Shown here one piece after another: positions 62,081-64,000 of a stretch of DNA of 64,000 bases. The translations under genes and the position numbers were made by a program. Origin of the DNA: an uncultured Actinomycetes bacterium (GTDB lineage: Bacteria > Actinomycetota > UBA4738 > HRBIN12); assembly GCA_963810945.1 (NCBI GenBank), contig CAWEPI010000008.1, positions 74,366 through 138,365 of the forward strand, given 5' to 3'. The notes beneath the pieces were generated by a model. The model saw nothing but the letters and a program-made list of their open reading frames with translations, was not told where the DNA came from and made no database searches. Each line of letters opens with the position of its first letter. The first letter of the stretch is position 1.

Positions 62081-62590
62081 TCAGGACACGGTGAAGGAGG
62101 TGACCATGCCCTTGGCGGCATGCGGCGGTCCATCCTCGCCCCCGTTCTGTGTACCGGTTTGCCAGCAGGCGAACGCGTAGGTGCCTGGGGGCAGGTTCAA
62201 GATCTCCACGATGCCGGCGCCGGTGTCTATCGCGCCGAAGTCGCCACCGATGTGCAGCCAGTCATCCTCGGACTTCGCGCCGTCGGCCTTCGCCGCGTCG
62301 ATGACGTCCTGAGCCGTCTTCCCGGCCGGCAAGGCGATCGGGATCATCTCGTGCGTGATCGGGAACGACTCATGGTTCTGGAACAGGAACTCGGTGATGC
62401 CGGCACTGACGTTCGCGGGTACGCCGTTGTACTTGAAGTTCTGCACGAAGATCGTGGCGGTCGGGGTGGTCCCGGAGGTCCCGGAGTCCGAATTCGAGGA
62501 GTTCGAGCAGGAAGAGACCGCCCAGGCCACGAGGGATACGCAGAACAGCACCGGTACCAACTTCCTACCGCGAAGAACTGAGCCCACCAT
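62081..62590 (-). CDS. cupredoxin-like lipoprotein (His...Cys...His...Met pattern), first gene of the cta operon
   Basis: Lipoprotein signal. ITHEM...FACWQTG...PPHAAKGM. Stop lies 6 nt before ctaC. Confidence 0.5.
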   Translation of the reverse strand: MVGSVLRGRKLVPVLFCVSLVAWAVSSCSNSSNSDSGTSGTTPTATIFVQNFKYNGVPANVSAGITEFLFQNHESFPITHEMIPIALPAGKTAQDVIDAAKADGAKSEDDWLHIGGDFGAIDTGAGIVEILNLPPGTYAFACWQTGTQNGGEDGPPHAAKGMVTSFTVS

Positions 62591-62648
62591 GATCCGCCCC
62601 CCTGGATCGCTCGCCGGCCGGTCTTGATCAGCCGCGGATCGAACCTTG

Positions 62649-62745
62649 TGACAGGGACGCTGCGAGGGCAAGATTGATGACAGGACTGTCACCCAGTCGT
62701 TCCCGACGGACGAGTGGGGATGCGCGTTTCATATCAGACCTGTCA
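62649..62745. promoter_or_regulatory. three TGACAGG motifs (one as palindrome TGACAGgaCTGTCA) upstream of the cupredoxin-ctaCDEF operon
   Basis: TGACAGG at 62649, TGACAGGACTGTCA at 62678-62691, and CCTGTCA at 62739, 59-150 bp upstream of the operon start codon on the minus strand. Confidence 0.4.
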
Positions 62746-62950
62746 TCTTGTCGGCCCTTCGAGTCGGCCGGAGAGGCTCACTCGTTCGTGGGGTGTTCTC
62801 AGAACTCCCTCACCACACTGTTTCCGCCACTTCTGCGGAACCTCCCACAGGTTGAGAGGAGCGGCCGTTACGCAGGCGGGGGGACCGGCGCCGGTTCAGC
62901 GCCTGGGTCGAGGTGAACGCATGGCACGAGCGGGCCGGGGCGGCCGTGGC

Positions 62951-63541
62951 CTACGGGCGACGTTCCGGGATCTTCGGCTCCGGCGCGTGGGAGAGCCACG
63001 TCAGCGCTTCGAGCGCGAGCACGCGACGCTGTCCCTCGGTCGTGCCGCTGCCGAGGTCGCCGAACCAGACGCCCACGTCGCCTCCGAGAACGTTCGTGCC
63101 GGCGTCGGTCTCGACGACGACCACCTGGTGCCCGTCCGTATGCCCGGGCGCCGGCAGCATGCGGATCCCCGGCAGCAGCTCCACCTCGCCCACGTGCTCA
63201 ACATACGTCGCGCCGTCGAAGTCGACCCATTCACGGATCGTGTAGTCGTCGAGCGAACGCGCGTCGGCGAGCTCGCGCGCCTGGACGTGGATCGGCACGC
63301 CCGGGAAGAGGCGGTTGCCGCCGCAGTGGTCGAAATGGAGGTGGGTGTTGATGACGCAGGCGACGTCGCGGGGGATGTTCTCGGGGTGCGGCGTCGGGCT
63401 CAGATCGTCGACCTCGGGCCTCGAATCGATCATCCCGGTGTCGACGAGCACGAGCCCGGCCGGGTGGTCGATCGTCCAGACGAACACGGGCAAGCGCTCG
63501 CCGTCGACGAGGAGCTCTGCCGCGAGGTGGGCGCGGATCAC
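62951..63541 (-). CDS. MBL-fold metallo-hydrolase
   Basis: HLHFDHCGG motif. Confidence 0.75.
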   Translation of the reverse strand: MIRAHLAAELLVDGERLPVFVWTIDHPAGLVLVDTGMIDSRPEVDDLSPTPHPENIPRDVACVINTHLHFDHCGGNRLFPGVPIHVQARELADARSLDDYTIREWVDFDGATYVEHVGEVELLPGIRMLPAPGHTDGHQVVVVETDAGTNVLGGDVGVWFGDLGSGTTEGQRRVLALEALTWLSHAPEPKIPERRP

Positions 63542-63605
63542 GTGTCGACCCTAGCACCGGGGGCCGGCGCGACACCGGCCGGCTAGGTCTGCGAGCGTCC
63601 GTCGA

Positions 63606-64000
63606 TCAGACGGTGATGACGATCTTCCCTTTCCTGCCGCGACCCTCCAGGAGGTACCTCATCGCTTCAGGGACGTCACCCAGAGAGAACGTCCTGTCGA
63701 TCAAGGGCGTGACTTTCCCAGCCTCGATGAGGTCCTTGAGGGCCACGAGGTCATCGGCGTTCTCCTTTGCGACGAACCCCTTCATCTTCTGGCTCGTGAA
63801 CACCGACTCCAACGGCGCTCGGACGGTCCCTCGAGTGAAGCCGCCGAGGAACCTGCCCTTGCCGCCCTCGCCTCCAACGATGACAAGCGTCCCCCGAGGC
63901 GCCAGGGCACGCCGCGATACCGACAGCTTGCGGTTCCCGCCCGTGTCGAGGATGACGTCGTATCGGATTCCCGACTCGGCGAAGTCCTCACGGGTGTAGT
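63606..64000 (-). CDS. MDR-family zinc-type alcohol dehydrogenase/quinone oxidoreductase, 3' part only (start is beyond the window end)
   Basis: The frame is open to the window edge. C-terminal MDR motifs (LVIVGGEGG...GKIVITV). Confidence 0.7.
   Translation of the reverse strand, partial: YTREDFAESGIRYDVILDTGGNRKLSVSRRALAPRGTLVIVGGEGGKGRFLGGFTRGTVRAPLESVFTSQKMKGFVAKENADDLVALKDLIEAGKVTPLIDRTFSLGDVPEAMRYLLEGRGRKGKIVITV

Overview
High-GC (~70%) chromosomal segment, probably from an actinobacterium, carrying about 60 genes and no rRNA, tRNA, CRISPR or obvious mobile element. The F420-type nitroreductase, DipZ-like thioredoxin domain, PPK2 and DUF2252 are the actinobacterial cues. Gene order along the window: a 5'-truncated PKD-domain protein; DUF192; a sulfate ABC transporter operon sbp-cysT-cysW-cysA-yezD-like linked by ATGA overlaps; a DUF2252 / AAA_16 ATPase / polytopic membrane protein operon; DUF2461; a Cys-type arylsulfatase; an ArsC-like LMW phosphatase; a TolB-like beta-propeller protein; DUF1269; prolyl aminopeptidase; a GAP-family membrane protein; a radical-SAM anaerobic sulfatase-maturating enzyme; a Crp/Fnr regulator; DUF4177; a SulP-STAS-cNMP-binding anion permease; VOC and MDR oxidoreductases; a secreted Ig-like protein; a large cytoplasmic hybrid histidine kinase with six tandem GAF domains (GAF6-HisKA-HATPase-REC-REC-HPt), translationally coupled to a REC-adenylate cyclase and divergent from a cNMP-binding protein; a P2-type cation ATPase; PPK2; DUF385 and DUF4386 proteins; a DAG-kinase-like lipid kinase; a CPH-motif (P1B-3-like) copper ATPase divergent from a SagB-type dehydrogenase, a VOC protein and a Cys-rich HTH regulator; folE; a RibD-C-like reductase; a GH15 glycosidase; an ABC-2 exporter with a MarR regulator; a thioredoxin-like protein; an epoxide hydrolase; an OmpR/HK pair; and an aa3-type cytochrome oxidase cluster (ctaG, ctaF, ctaE, ctaD, and a ctaC carrying an extra C-terminal cupredoxin domain plus a cupredoxin-like lipoprotein). 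At least 12-14 single-base frameshifts interrupt otherwise intact genes. Several of these indels sit in G/C homopolymer runs, which points to indel sequencing or assembly error rather than pseudogenes, but this cannot be decided from the sequence alone. Many long ORFs in the six-frame track are GC-skew artefacts on the opposite strand or in alternative frames of real genes, and were rejected.
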